Source: Tubulanus polymorphus (lineage: Eukaryota; Animalia; Nemertea). Taken from it: a DNA stretch of 64,000 bases. Position 1 is the first letter of the stretch. Each line of letters begins with the position of its first letter. The DNA lies in contig NC_134027.1 of the NCBI RefSeq assembly GCF_964204645.1, forward strand, positions 24,700,560 to 24,764,559. Direction: 5' to 3'. A program made the position numbers and the translations under genes. Shown here piece by piece: positions 10,288 to 23,880 of this stretch. Below the pieces are notes generated by a model. It searched no databases and was not told where the DNA came from. It saw nothing but the letters and a program-made list of their open reading frames with translations.

Positions 10288-13200
10288 TGCGGCACGTTTT
10301 TGTGGCTTTGCCTTTTCACAAGCTTTTATCGCGTCTTCATATTCGGTCATTAAACACAAGCGTTTGAATTGCATCTCCTGAAATACGAATTCAACAACGA
10401 AATAAACGCTTGCTGTCGACAATTCATTAGAGAATGACACCCCGTTGTAATAGCAAAACAATTCATCTCTACCTTTTCCGAATCCAAATATCTCGCGTAC
10501 AAGTCCAACTGAAAACCGAGCGTATTGTCCTCGTTGATATAGTCGACTTCTAAACCTTGCTGTAACGTATCGAAAATACATGTAAATGTAAATTTGTAGT
10601 CGTGGGTACTTGACTCGCAACCAACAGTCGGTGGGTTCAAACCCCAGTGTACCCGCGTGCTATATATTTCAGTGTTCTCCAACTTACTAACTTAATAATT
10701 AAACACCGCAACCCTTCAGTACGTCTACACCGCATGATGGTGTATAAATTGTTTTATGTAACTAGTAATGAGATAATGGCAGTAAAACATAAGGAAATAT
10801 TAGTAACTAATGATACACCGCACCGCAGTGTAGATGCGCTATAGCGATATGACGGCGATACAAAACACGCTGGGCTGGAACTTTTTGAAATCATTATCAA
10901 TGGTTAACACTGACCTTCATGTCTTCGTAGGCCTCGCCGAGTTTAGCGCAAAGCTTATTGATGAACGCAGAATTCTCGTCGGCATAAGAAGATGCTCCTA
11001 GACTCATAGCAGTCGCTAGGTGTGAATAGGCTATCGATAATCCTGCGAAAACAACAAAAATATCGAATGTCAGAAAACAATCATTTAAACATCGCGAGCC
11101 ATTGAACCGGGATGTGGCCTGTCAGTGAAATATATTTTCAGCAGTCTCAACGCTACCGAGTTCCCTGATTCTCAACTCAGTGAAATATTTACGGCAGTCC
11201 CAATGCTACCGAGTTCCCTGATTCTCAACTCAGTGAAATATTTACAGCAGTCTCAACGCTACCGAGTTCCCTGATTCTCAACTCAGTGAAATATTTACGG
11301 CAGTCCCAATGCTACCAAGTTTCATGATTCTCAACTCAGTGAAATATTCACGGCAGTCCCAATGCTACCGAGTTTCATGATTCTCAACTCAGTGAAATAT
11401 TTACAGCAGTCCCAATGCTACCGAGTTTCATGATTCTCAACTCAGTGAAATATTTACGGCAGTCCCAATGCTACCGAGTTCCCTGATTCTCAACTCAGTG
11501 AAATATTTACGGCAGTCCCAATGCTACCAAGTTTCATGATTCTCAACTCAGTGAAATATTCACGGCAGTCCCAATGCTACCGAGTTTCATGATTCTCAAC
11601 TCAGTGAAATATTTACAGCAGTCCCAATGCTACCGAGTTTCATGATTCTCAACTCAGTGAAATATTTACGGCAGTCCCAATGCTACCGAGTTCCCTGATT
11701 CTCAACTCAGTGAAATATTTACGGCAGTCCCAATGCTACCAAGTTTCATGATTCTCAACTCAGTGAAATATTTACAGCAGTCTCAACGCTACCGAGTTCC
11801 CTGATTCTCAACTCAGTGAAATATTTACGGCAGTCCCAATGCTACCAAGTTTCATGATTCTCAACTCAGTGAAATATTTACAGCAGTCCCAATGCGACTG
11901 TGTTAGTTAAGTTGGGTCAAATTTAAATTGAGCGGTACTTGTTTCTAAAATCCAGGATCGAGTTCCATAGCTGTGAGTTACCAGAAGATTTAAGGTTAGT
12001 CTATTTTTTCAATGAGTTTTCTCATTTAATAGAACCACGGAACTTGGTCCAGATATTACACTTACTTAACGTTGCATAGACATTTTTATTGAAGTTTCTT
12101 GAGGCCTCGTGTAAGTATTGCGAGTAAGTAGCTAACCAATCACGCTCTTTCTGGAAGTAATCGTCGATATCCTGAAAAAAAAAACCCGAAAAAATATTCT
12201 TTAAATTTCCAAGGGCAATGATTTAAACCTCTTAAAACCTTTTAAGTCGAATGTGAATTTCAAAACCGTAGGAACTGGCTTTCAAAGAGCATGTTTCTTC
12301 TAATTCTTACCTTACGGGAGAATTTTCGCGCTTGATCAATTGACGAAGTCAACCGACCAAATATACCCTTCTTAACTTTAGCCGTATTCAATGACTGAAA
12401 ACATATCAACAGTTGGTAGCTCATTATTAAACTTTCAGCGCATCTACACCTCAAAGCGGTGTATAAATCGATGAGCAACTTTGCTTTTACACCGCACCAC
12501 AGTGTATTGATATAGAATTCGTTTTTATTTCTAATGAATGCCTGCTGTTATAAAATGCACTGGGTAGGTATTTTCTGAATTGAATTGCTTATTATCATTC
12601 AAAATGGTGTATGGAAAATTAAACCATTACTGTAGATAACGATCTTTACAGGTGGAACAATTGAATACGGTACCTCTGTACAAGTGAGGAAGTCGTCTAA
12701 AGTTTTATCTTTCCCAAATGCCCAATGCGTTATGACTAACTTCAAATATCTAAAAAAGAAAAACTCAATTTTGAACATCGGACAAATATCAGGCACCGCT
12801 TTGACTTACTCTGATTTTATTTTTGCCCAAATAATTGATGAATTATTATAAATTAAGGAATTCTAATTCATGACAAAACGATGTAGACTAAAACCGGAGA
12901 CTAAAACCAGACAGAGGTGAATTCGCAAGGTTGATGTCAGGACCACATTCTGCAGGGGAGGTAAAATTCTTCTAAAATATCAAATATTACAATAAGGACA
13001 TCCTATGTTGGAATCTTTGATTAAAATTAATTGCGCAACTGTGGAACCGCGTGCTGAAAGCCTGACAGCGAGTTCAATTCAAAAGCCATTTTGAAAGATA
13101 TGAGAAAATGTGATGAAATTCATCTATCAAAAGTACTGGTAACAGGGTGGCTTCTTTCTGCTCAAAATTCCCTGATTTTTCAATGTTATAACACAAAATT

Positions 13201-15155
13201 CCCCGACTGAATAAGAGAAATTTCTTGGCGCAAAATGTTATAATCTAATCACTTTTCATATCATATCTAAATTCCAGGTTTTCTGCAAAATGTATCAAAC
13301 TTCCTAAATTTTCCATAGTATTTCTTAAACATTTTTCTGGTTAGCTCGGTTTTCCGGGTCAGTGGTCACCATGCGGTAAGCAATTATCATCGCTTTCAAT
13401 ATTTCAACTAAAAAGCAAGCACTAATCAGGGCTTATCCAAAATTCTTCGAAAAGCAAGCGCCTTTTCAGACTTTCCGTCAGACTCATTACGAACCCTTCG
13501 AAAAAGCGACCAAATCTTCGACTCCAGAAAAATGACTCTTACTTTTCTAAATTTCGACAATCTTTCATGTAGTCGTCGGCTTTAACGAGACGACTCGTCG
13601 TACCGAGTTGTTCGCGCGATTGACGCTCAGCAGTTTTAGGTTCGACGATCGGTTTCGGAGGCAAAGGCGGCGCCTACGCGGAAAAAATACAACGACAAAA
13701 CATAAACAAATTTCTTTTTTTTTCGAGAGAAAATCGATATAATTGACTCAAAACGAGAATAAGTTCGAGTATTCCCAAATAGATGATCCCAGGACCGGTT
13801 TCCGCAGTCAAGATTTAAGATAAAATCCTGGGGCCGGTTTTACAGACTGGTATTACCTTTAACCAGGGGGCTAAACTTGATTCATTATTTACATAGTAAA
13901 ACACCCCCACACTCTCAATATCGCCACACTCTATACTGCCACACTCTCTATACCACCACACTCTCTATACCACCACACTCTCTATACCGCCACACTCTCT
14001 ATACCACCACACTCTCTATACCACCACACTCTCTATATCGCCACACTCTCTATACCACTCTATACCGCCACTCTCTATACCACCACATTCTCTATACCAC
14101 CACACTCTATATACCGCCATAATCTCTATACCACTCTATACCGCCACACTCTATACCCCCATACTCTCTATACCGCCACACTCTCTATACCGCCACACTC
14201 TACCCCCATACTCCCTTTACCGCCACACTCCCTATACCGCCAAAATCGTTCTGCTCCGAAGTAGGTGGTATATCGGGGGTTGACTTTATATCAATAAAAG
14301 ATTAAAAACCCTTCGAGGTTTTATACTTTTTCAGGAGACAGGGTCCATTTCGGCGACTACTCACTATTATTCCATACGTATTGTTGTGTGTTAATATACA
14401 GTGACTCAACCATTCGAAATCTTCATATTGTCGAATAACGTCGTATTTCTGACCACCTCCACTTGTCTGAAAAAAAAGAAGACATCAATCTTTAGTTACC
14501 AGCAATATCATTCGTTCATATCACGTTTGGAGCCTGTAATTCATAGGAATCGAGAGCCATTTTGTGAAACTGGATAAGGATTTGGTAGGGTTTACTGACC
14601 AAGCTCAGGATATAAGAGTATACTATAGTAGTATGAGAGACCCAGAATCTAGGATCGGGGTCAGTTTTGGGTAAATATCTGGGTATACTAAGGATTGGAA
14701 CAACTAAGGATTGGAACAGTAAGATAGACCCAGAAATGGGTACCGGTAGTCTAGGATTCTAAGGGGTCAGTTTAGGGTAAATTTCAGGGTGTACTAATGA
14801 TTGGAATCCCGTGCACCAAAATTCAAAACATATTTCCTAGCAAATAGAAAGAAAAGAAAGAGAGAGATTGAGAAAAGATAAGGAGAGAAATGAAAGAAAA
14901 GAGAACAAGAAGAGAAGAAAATGGGCGAGAAGGAAAGAAAACATAGAAAGCGAGAAGAATAAGAAGAAAGAAAGAAACGATTCATACCCGGTTACAGGTC
15001 ACGCTGTATTTGACGACGTCGCCATCTTTTGTCGCGTCGCAGACGCAAACGTTCGTGAACGCCGGCTCGAACGGTTCAACAATCGGCGACGAGGAAAACG
15101 GCGACGGATTCGACGCGACGACATTCCCGTTATCCTTTACGTCATCCTTCTCATC
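10288..15155 (-). CDS. Sorting nexin, PX-BAR, SNX5/6/32-like divergent paralog (partial, 9 exons)
   Basis: Phase-consistent GT-AG exons: 15155-14988, 14466-14365, 13673-13543, 12749-12674, 12394-12311, 12171-12066, 11042-10915, 10559-10473, 10377-10288. Peptides: VCVCDATKDGDVVKYSV, VIRQYEDFEWL, PPLPPKP, YLKLVITHWAFGKDKTLDDFL (PX domain); DIDDYFQKERDWLATY and QFKRLCLMTEYEDAIKACEKAK (BAR domain). The start exon and last exons were not found in the window. Confidence 0.85.
11122..11895. repeat. Intronic minisatellite, 53-bp unit, about 14 copies
   Basis: CAGTGAAATATTTACGGCAGTCCCAATGCTACCGAGTTCCCTGATTCTCAACT at 11178, 11231 and onward. Confidence 0.95.
13895..14290. repeat. CT-rich minisatellite (CTCTATACCGCCACACT-like, about 17-19 bp), probably from a Tigger-like MITE
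   Basis: Many degenerate copies; ends with the inverted GGTGGTATATCGGGGGTTGAC segment. Confidence 0.75.
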
Positions 15156-15506
15156 CTACACGACAAAAACAAATTAAAATATAACAAGGTAGATTAAAGG
15201 TTTTTTTTTTCAGCTGCATTACAGTGAATAAACTAACGCCGATGAATTGTAAACAACAAAAAGAAAGTGAAAAATCAATGTTTATTTGTAAAGAACGTAA
15301 AAATCATACTTTACAAACTGATGCCCAATAATCTGGTAGATCTACTGAGTAATAAGGAAATAATGGAACAAAATATCTAACAGAGGGGCTCGACGTGAGT
15401 GGACATGACAGTAGATTTAAGCCTAAAGGACCATCTTTGATCTACCGCATATAAAACAAAAATTAGGACCGGTCTTGATTTATAGTCTTACAGCTTTTGT
15501 GCTTAA

Positions 15507-15827
15507 CCCTGTCAGTTTGCCTACACCGCAGAGCGATGTATTATTTAATCAGTGATGGACTTTTCTAGTACATTGCATCACGGTATATTGATGTTATATG
15601 TATTTAGTTATCTCTATTGAAAGATGGCAGCACCTGTCAAACATTGTAAAATATTAGAAACTAATGATACACCGCACTGCAGTGTAGATGCAATACAGCG
15701 GTTTGCCTGCTATTCAACACCACCAGCAGACCGAGGCCGGGGATTGAATTTTCAAAAATTTCAGATAATCTCCAGCAGGCACGTTAGCTTTGGGGTAATC
15801 AATTATTAGAAGCTAGCACTGTAAGGG
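15507..15827 (-). mobile_element. piggyBac-like MITE (family A), diverged reverse copy
   Basis: TTAA|CCCT...AGGG|TTAA; internal sequence is the reverse complement of 1717-1990. Confidence 0.75.
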
Positions 15828-17964
15828 TTAATTCACGACTGCACAACTGGCGTCTGTCCCAATACCAGATGACATTTGTCGACAAAAGCGCAGGGGAGAG
15901 CAGAGGAGAGGGTTAAAAATACATATTCTGGAACTGAAAAAGAACCTTTTTGTCACCGGTTAACAGCATTAATTCAATCAATCAACGATAATCAGTTAAT
16001 CAAAATGATCATCAGACCTAATTAAGAAGAGTTTAAACCAACGAACAAATGATAAAAGGGATCTAATTACCGGTTTTTTTAATTCGGAGGGGGCCGTGTT
16101 TTCTGTGTCAGACATACTTCCGCGTTCAGTGCTCCACACTGCCCTGATGTCGCGCGCTACAGAATCAGAATTCACCTGTGGCAAAGGATGATGGTATCTA
16201 GAACGGACCCGACGCAGGGTGCCTCCGAGATTATGGTTATTTTAGATGCCGACCATTGCAGGGCTCATGAGTTGCACAGTCGTAACTTAAGTCCAAAGGT
16301 ATAGTGTTAAATATTTCAACTGGGTAGGTCTAGGTATTTGAATTGGTTAATTTTCCTCAGCTTGAAAGACATTAATTACTAAATAGGATTATTTGCAGCG
16401 GCGGGCCATTATAAAAAATAAACCTCAATGAAGCCGGTCACACATGAGCAAGAGGACGATGGCCTCGGGCCCTCGGGTTGGGTTTGTGAAATATGGTAGC
16501 AAAAACTTTCTTCTACTGCAAGTTAATTAGTACATTGAAAAAGAAAATGGAAAATGGAAAAGACTCATCACCCGCTGCCGGCGTCAGGTTCAACACACTG
16601 AGTCCAGTCTCGCGGGAGGACGACACACTCACTGAGCCGGGGAACGGCCCTATTAAAAAACGTCGCCGTAGTCACGCCAAACTCGACTGATCAGTAGGCC
16701 TGGTTCACGCGAGCTCTCAGTATACGGAGCGGCGCGAACCGGCCATTCTCCGGGACTGGTGAACCCATGCCCTCCGGATCCGCCCTGATTTGATACGATT
16801 TAATACGGTGCACTCACAATTTTTTTTCTCGAAAAACAGATGAAATGGTCAAAACTAAAAGAGAAACTGAACACTCATAGGAAATTTTAAAATTCGGGGG
16901 GCGCAGTATTTTCTTTCAGCCGTTTGGAACAAGTCGTCAAATTCGATCCTGTTGTGCAAATCTTATTTGATTAGAGTTACACGTGACTCAAATGAATGAT
17001 CAGGAAAATCAAATCTGATGTGATACTAAGATAAATTCGCCTAAGTGTCGGGCATGCCTGTCGGCCCGGCTAAAAAATTGAAGATAGGGACCGGTAACCA
17101 GTCTCTGTCAGAAGCAGGTTTGCCAACCAATTTAGACATTTAATTAAATTGACAAAACAAAACATTGAAAAATATGGCCCTAGCAATGCCCCTAGCAACT
17201 GAACGCTACTCTATGACTGGATTCCTCAATCTTCAGATGTTTGGCGGTATCGGAGTCTGTGTTGGCGGCGTCCGGGTCTAAGTCACTGCTCCGTTTAAAA
17301 GGTTTATTTAATTCTGTGTTTATTATTTGATTGTAACCATTTAAATCGAACTCGGTTTCATGTTTTTGTCATTTCAGCAGGCTAATTAGGACCAGACGAA
17401 CGATCAACTAACGCCCGAAGAGTGTAGCAGTATAAAAACCGACCGGAGCAGACCGGAACAGACTGAAAAAACCAGGCGGCGCTAAATTCGAGAAACGCGC
17501 TGTTGAGAATCAACTAATTTATTTTATATGGCCTTAAAGTTCCACGATATTGTTCAGCTGGCTACTGGCGTGTATTCAACCCGGCAGTAGAACCTTCTAT
17601 AAGCTCTCAATTGAAATTGAATTCAACAATAGAGACACAATTGCGGTTTTTCAGAGTTGTTGATATTATTCTGACACGCGCTATTGAATACGTCACCGGC
17701 TGACCACGGTGTACACAAGCATAGGCCATTCACCTCGGCTAACTCACACTGTGAACATGCTACCGTGGATTCTCCTCCTGGCGATCTTCGCTGCGCTACC
17801 GCTCCCGCTCCTGCTTCCTGAGGAACGACGTCTTTATGTTTTATGTGTTACTGTTTATCTCCGTACTGTCCTGTACTGTTCCGTGTTAATTAATCCGTTC
17901 TTTTTTCTAGGTTCTTACCCGTTTTATTTTTCAGGGCCGATTTCTCTGTCGAATTTCAACGTTT

Positions 17965-18200
17965 GCTGGAACAAAACTAATGTCCGAAAGCATCGGCTCT
18001 CCTTCGCCGGTCACGTGTCGAGGATGTCAGACAAAGTGTCGGTCAGGAAATGGCTGCCCTCTACTCGCCCTCATTCGGAACACGAAAACCAGGATGACGA
18101 GGCCTCACTGCCCCCACCTATCTACAAAGTGTGCTGAGTGATGTCAATGACCGGCATATCTGCGGGATTGCGCGGGATACAAATGGAGCGGTTATACTGG
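17965..18200 (+). mobile_element. RTE-clade LINE 3' fragment
   Basis: Translates VRKHRLSFAGHVSRMSDK, matching the RRLRW.GHV.RM motif at the RTE ORF2 C-terminus; followed by short tandem tail repeats at 18210-18480. Confidence 0.6.
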
Positions 18201-18499
18201 ATTGTCACGCTACTAGCATTCATTGTGTCCTTGTGACCGCCCGGATGAGGGATGATTCTACTGTCACGCTCTTTGTTTCTGGTATTCTGAGTCGGCTGAG
18301 GGATGATTCTACTGTCACGCTCTTTGATTTCTAGTTTGAGTGCTAGTTTTCATTGTGTCCTTGTGATAACCCCGGTCAGTGGATGAAGTCTCTTGTCGGC
18401 TTGTGAGTGCTAGTTTCATTGTGTCCTTGTGACAACCTCGGTCAGTGGATGAAGTCTCTTGTCACGCTTTTGAGTGCTAGTTGAGATCCTGAATCTCAA

Positions 18500-18750
18500 C
18501 CCGGTCAAGCTGGTTGTACTGCGCTATTTGTGTTTCGTGCAATTTTACAGGTTTGTCAGTTACTGACGTCGCCCAGTACATCTTGCAGTTAGATGGGGAA
18601 TGTGAGGCGTTGTCATTCTGGTTTTCGCGTTCTGTGTGAGGGCGTGTAGAGGGCAGTATATTCCTGGCTGGCTCATTGTCTGGTGTTCTCGGCATGTGAC
18701 CGGCGACGGAGAGCTGAAAAGCTTTCGAACATTAGTTTTGTTCCGTACCA
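18500..18750 (-). mobile_element. RTE-clade LINE 3' fragment, inverted relative to 17965-18200
   Basis: Diverged reverse-complement copy of the previous fragment (GH(M)PRTPDNEPARNIL). Confidence 0.6.
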
Positions 18751-21700
18751 AGTTTTCATCGCTCTTCTCTTTTTTTTAATTTCAGGACTCCCAAGAAGTT
18801 GAAGAAGATGCTGAAGGTGACTACAACGAAGACGATGCCAAAAAAGAACACTGAACTCAGCAATATTGAAAGTTAAGTTGATACACATGTAAATTACGAT
18901 GCGTGATACGGAAAGGATTGTGTAACTACAGAATATCGTTCTTTTACTCATTTCAGGTTAATCCAGAAAGGCCCATCTAAAATCTGCCCACAAAAGACTC
19001 CACCTTGAAGTACCACCAAACACCGAAAGACCCGCCGCAACCGAACCTGGCAGTCTTGACCTCATCCTGTATGGCAACAGGAATACATACATACATAAAG
19101 CTAAGTCGATTTTTCATATCTGGGGTAGAATGCATAGGCACTGGAGAGGATAGAGTCGCTGATCAAGCTCACCATCTCCGCACTACTTTATTGAAGCTCT
19201 GTGGCCGGTAGTAAATTGAAATATAGCTAGGCAATGATTGCTTGAATATTTACAATATTGGACGAAATGAGTGAGGTCCTTTAAATATTCTTTGGTCTGA
19301 TAATTAAAATGTAGATTGGTCAGTTATTGATTAAAAGATTTTGTAAGTACGTACAATTAAGGTAAATTCAATATCTTATGTGACATTTGAAATTATTCGA
19401 ATGTACCGTAGATATTTCAGGCCTCATATGACTATTGTTTAACTGACAATCAAGATCTAGATAGGACAATTTTTACTAAAAGATATATCAATTAAACTTT
19501 ATCGTTGGTTGATAGATATTTCTTTACAAATAATATATTGATAAATTTATTAAGATTGAGGCCATACTTTACAATATATACTGTGTGCTGCCTCACACAA
19601 CAGTTATGAATTTCATAAGATAGTGTCTAGGGCTCTATCGAGGTCTGGTGTTATATGGGGAAAACTATGGACTACAGGTCTTTATGAAACAGTGATTTGG
19701 TCTCAACACTGATAAATCCAGAATAAACCAAAGCTTTAATTGATTTAATTCATTCCTGAAACACTGCGTCTTGTTTTGGCTGATGTATGATAATTGTTGT
19801 TTGACTGACAATAAGCATACAGCCAGGAAAAATGGCTTAGATATTCACAATTAAGATGAATTCAATATTTGATGTTAGATCAAAAACTTTTTATATCATA
19901 AATAGCCTATTTATTGAAATATAGCTGAAATATATAATATATTTGAGCACATCTATAAGTGAATCAGTCTCATTGACTGATCAGTTCTGTAACGCCAACT
20001 GCCGCGCTTACGACGACTACCCATGCTTTTCATTATTGGCAAAATTTACTCAAACCTAACTGATTCAATTAATATCTAAAAGCCATACTGTGTGTCAAGT
20101 GACGCATATTAGATATAGTTTAACTGAAAATTAGAATCTAAGATAAATTACTCATTAACGTATTACTTAGATCGATTAAGGTTAATTCAATTGTTATGTG
20201 AAATTATTTCTAATTCCATGGACATTTAAAATGTAGCTGATACATGTGTATCTGAGCACATTTATTTATCTGTATCTAAGTGAACCTATGGTGTCTTCAC
20301 ACAGCTGTATTAGTTTTGATACATATTGCCAAAATCATATTGCCAAAAACGCAGATTTACTTCCGATCGAATCTGTGCACAAATACATTCCTGGATTTGG
20401 AAGGGGGAATATTTCAATTTCACTGTTTATATCAGATTGAAAGCCTTATTGTGACAGGATATCCTAAACTTAGGTCTTATTCCTCTTGCTAATAGCTCTC
20501 TTTTACTAACCCCTCTGCTTCAAACTATTTTCTAGCATCATGACTCGCACCGCACCAGGGAGGTCCGGTCATAACAAGGTCTTTTGGTCCTTATACACAG
20601 TGAACTATATAATAGCCATTCGGCTAAGGGAATTTCTAATTTACCACTAAAAATATGCTTTTTTATCTTTAATTTCTGATGAATTCAAATAGTGACGAAT
20701 TCACCACAACTGAAATTCTACTCATGTAGATTTTCAGGCTCCATATAAATATTGTTCAACTGACTATTAAAATATAGCTAGTATGATTACTAATTAATGG
20801 TTCGCTTAGATACCTAGAATTTAATTAAAATTAATTCAATGTAATGAATATAAGTGAAACTTATTCAAAATTGCACAGTGGATGAGACGACTGTATCGCG
20901 CAATGTCATCTGCGTCTAACTGGGCCACATGTGTATGTGGGATCTGTTGAATCAGTTAGGTTTTGGGGGATTCTGGGTTAGTTAAGCTAGGTATCAAAAG
21001 CTCTGATGCAAAATTAGCAGTTCAAATAGTGATTAATTCAAATTCGTACCGGATCTGAAATTCTTCTCGTGTAGAAATTTCAAGCCCCATATAAAATATT
21101 GTCCGAGACAATTTCAATTATAGCTAGGGCATTATCAATTAACTTATAGATTAGGTATCTAATTCAGCATCTTCATATAAGGTAAAAGTGCTCAAATCTA
21201 AACCATAGGGGTTGATAAGTATAATTCAATATTGGTTGATATATAAAGAATACTGGGTATGTTTTAACTCTGTCTCTTGTGCGTGGGATTTATTGAATCT
21301 TTAAGGCTTTGCAGAAATCTGGATTTGTCGAGTTGTGGGAATGATTCAAGGTTTCTTAAATCTGTAGAACCATGTTACTTATAGGATCAGTGTGCTCGAT
21401 GCTGGCAGCGCACTCACTCTTCAGTTAGTTATATTATCATAATTACAAAATCATTGTATATATTAGGAGCAATATTTAGAATTAATGAAATGGATTAGAA
21501 TACCATTCACTGGGTACAGATGTCGCCATCTGTGGGTAGAAAACATCTCTTAAGTTTATTAACTGACGATGAAGTAAATTTGATAATACGAACATGGTTT
21601 AGCTGACAATCGAAATATATATAGGCCAATATTACTAGCAGGTTTGCACTGTATGATGGGCCTGGGTTTCAATAAAAGACACATCAAGAAGATAGAAGAG

Positions 21701-22134
21701 AAAACAGTTCAAAAACGATTTGATAAGATTGATTATGCGTTACTAAATTTGTTGTAACTCTGGTATTCCTAGAGATGACTATAGATGCTTTAGTTGAATT
21801 GTTGTTAAACTATAATAATCAACCATTGCTTAGATATTTAGAATATAGATGAATTACTATATGAGTTGAATTTTATAAATATCATTTAAGACTATTATTA
21901 AAATCTACGTATCGATCCACATTGCAGATCTTATATATGAATTGACATGATAATTATGATCAGTGATATTCGAAAGGATTTTCTGCTCAAAAGGTTCTGC
22001 TCTTTTCTTCAGCTTGCCGTTTCAGACTGATTGGAAGATAGTTTGAATGAACCGGAATCGAATTTCCCAATTATTTACTTCGATTTCAGACATACTCGAG
22101 AAAAACTACAATAAACTTTAAAAAATTTGACAAA

Positions 22135-23880
22135 TTTAAACGGTGAAAATGACAAAAAGATTAACGTTAGACAAAATTCTCCCACCTTGTAAACTTTCGG
22201 ACTAGTTTCATGAAAATAAGACCAAATATTGTAAAATATAGTTATTTCCAAAATCTCGATGTATCAAATTAGGCAGAAAAAAATAGATAAAATTATTCAA
22301 CCTTGTAAACTTTCGGACTAGTTACATGAAAAAAAGACCAAATATTGTAAAATATAGTTATTTCCAAAATTTCCATGTATTAAATTAGGCAGAAAAAAAT
22401 AGATAAAATTATTCAACCTTGTAAACTTTCGGACTAGTTACATAAAAACAAGACCAAATATTGTAAAATATAGTTATTTCCTAAATCTCGATGTATTAAA
22501 TTAGGCAGAAAAAAAATAGATAAAATTATTCAACCTTGTAAACTTTCGGACTAGTTACATAAAAACAAGACCAAATATTGTAAAATATAGTTATTTCCAA
22601 AATCTCGATGTATTAAATTAGGCAGAAAAAAAATAGATAAAATTATTCAACCTTGTAAATTTTCGGACTAGTTACATGAAAAAAAGACAAAATATTGTAA
22701 AATATAGTTATTTCCAAAGTCTCCATGTATTAAATTAGGCAGAAAAAAAAATAGATAAAATTATTCAACCTTGTAAACTTTCGGACTAGTTACATAAAAA
22801 CAAGACCAAATATTGTAAAATATAGTTATTTCCAAAATCTCCATGTATTAAAATAGGCAGAAAAAAATAGATAAAATTATTCAACCTTGTAAACTTTCGG
22901 ACTAGTTACATGAAAAAGACCAAATATTGTAAAATATAGTTATTTCCAAAATCTCCATGTATTAAATTAGGCAGAAAAAAAAATAGATAAAATTATTCAA
23001 CCTTGTAAACTTTCGGACTAGTTACATAAAAACAAGACCAAATATTGTAAAATATAGTTATTTCCAAAATCTCGATGTATTAAATATGGCAGAAAAAAAA
23101 TAGATAAAATTATTCAACCTTGTAAACTTTCGGACTAGTTACATGAAAAAAAGACAAAATATTGTAAAATATAGTTATTTCCAAAGTCTCCATGTATTAA
23201 ATTAGGCAGAAAAAAAAATAGATAAAATTATTCAACCTTGTAAACTTTCGGACTAGTTACATAAAAACAAGACCAAATATTGTAAAATATAGTTATTTCC
23301 AAAATCTCCATGTATTAAAATAGGCAGAAAAAAAATAGATAAAATTATTCAACCTTGTAAACTTTCGGACTAGTTACATGAAAAAAAGACCAAATATTGT
23401 AAAATATAGTTATTTCCAAAATCTCCATGTATTAAATTAGGCAGAAAAAAATAGATAAAATTATTCAACCTTGTAAACTTTCGGACTAGTTACATAAAAA
23501 CAAGACCAAATATTGTAAAATATAGTTATTTCCAAAATCTCGATGTATTAAATTAGGCAGAAAAAAAAATAGATAAAATTATTCAACCTTGTAAACTTTC
23601 GGACTAGTTACATGAAAAAAGACAAAATATTGTAAAATATAGTTATTTTCAAAGTCTCCATGTATTAAATTAGGCAGAAAAAAGTTAACCCCAATCAGTC
23701 ACTTAATATGTGCTTCGACTATTTAAACGGTGAAAACGACCAAAAAAATTGAAGTTAGACAAAATTATTAAACGTTGTAAACTTTCGGACTAGTTACATA
23801 AAAATAGACCAAATATTGTAAAATTATCTTCAAACTTGTAATATAGTTATTTCCAAAATCAGAATTAGGCAGAATAAAAG
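22135..23880. repeat. AT-rich satellite, about 117-bp unit, about 14 copies
   Basis: ACCTTGTAAACTTTCGGACTAGTTACATGAAAAAAAGACCAAATATTGTAAAATATAGTTATTTCC repeated with near identity. Confidence 0.95.

Noticed and set aside
11122-11895. CRISPR-like regular array
   Set aside because: Units are contiguous near-identical repeats with no unique spacers; eukaryotic intron, no cas genes. The same applies to the 117-bp array at 22135-23880.
14794-15197. Lys/Arg/Glu-rich and Phe/Ser-rich ORFs
   Set aside because: Translation of an AG-rich simple repeat plus the antisense of an SNX exon.
16493-16740. Candidate first exon of the sorting nexin
   Set aside because: GC-rich, but no convincing minus-strand ATG plus donor in the right phase was found.
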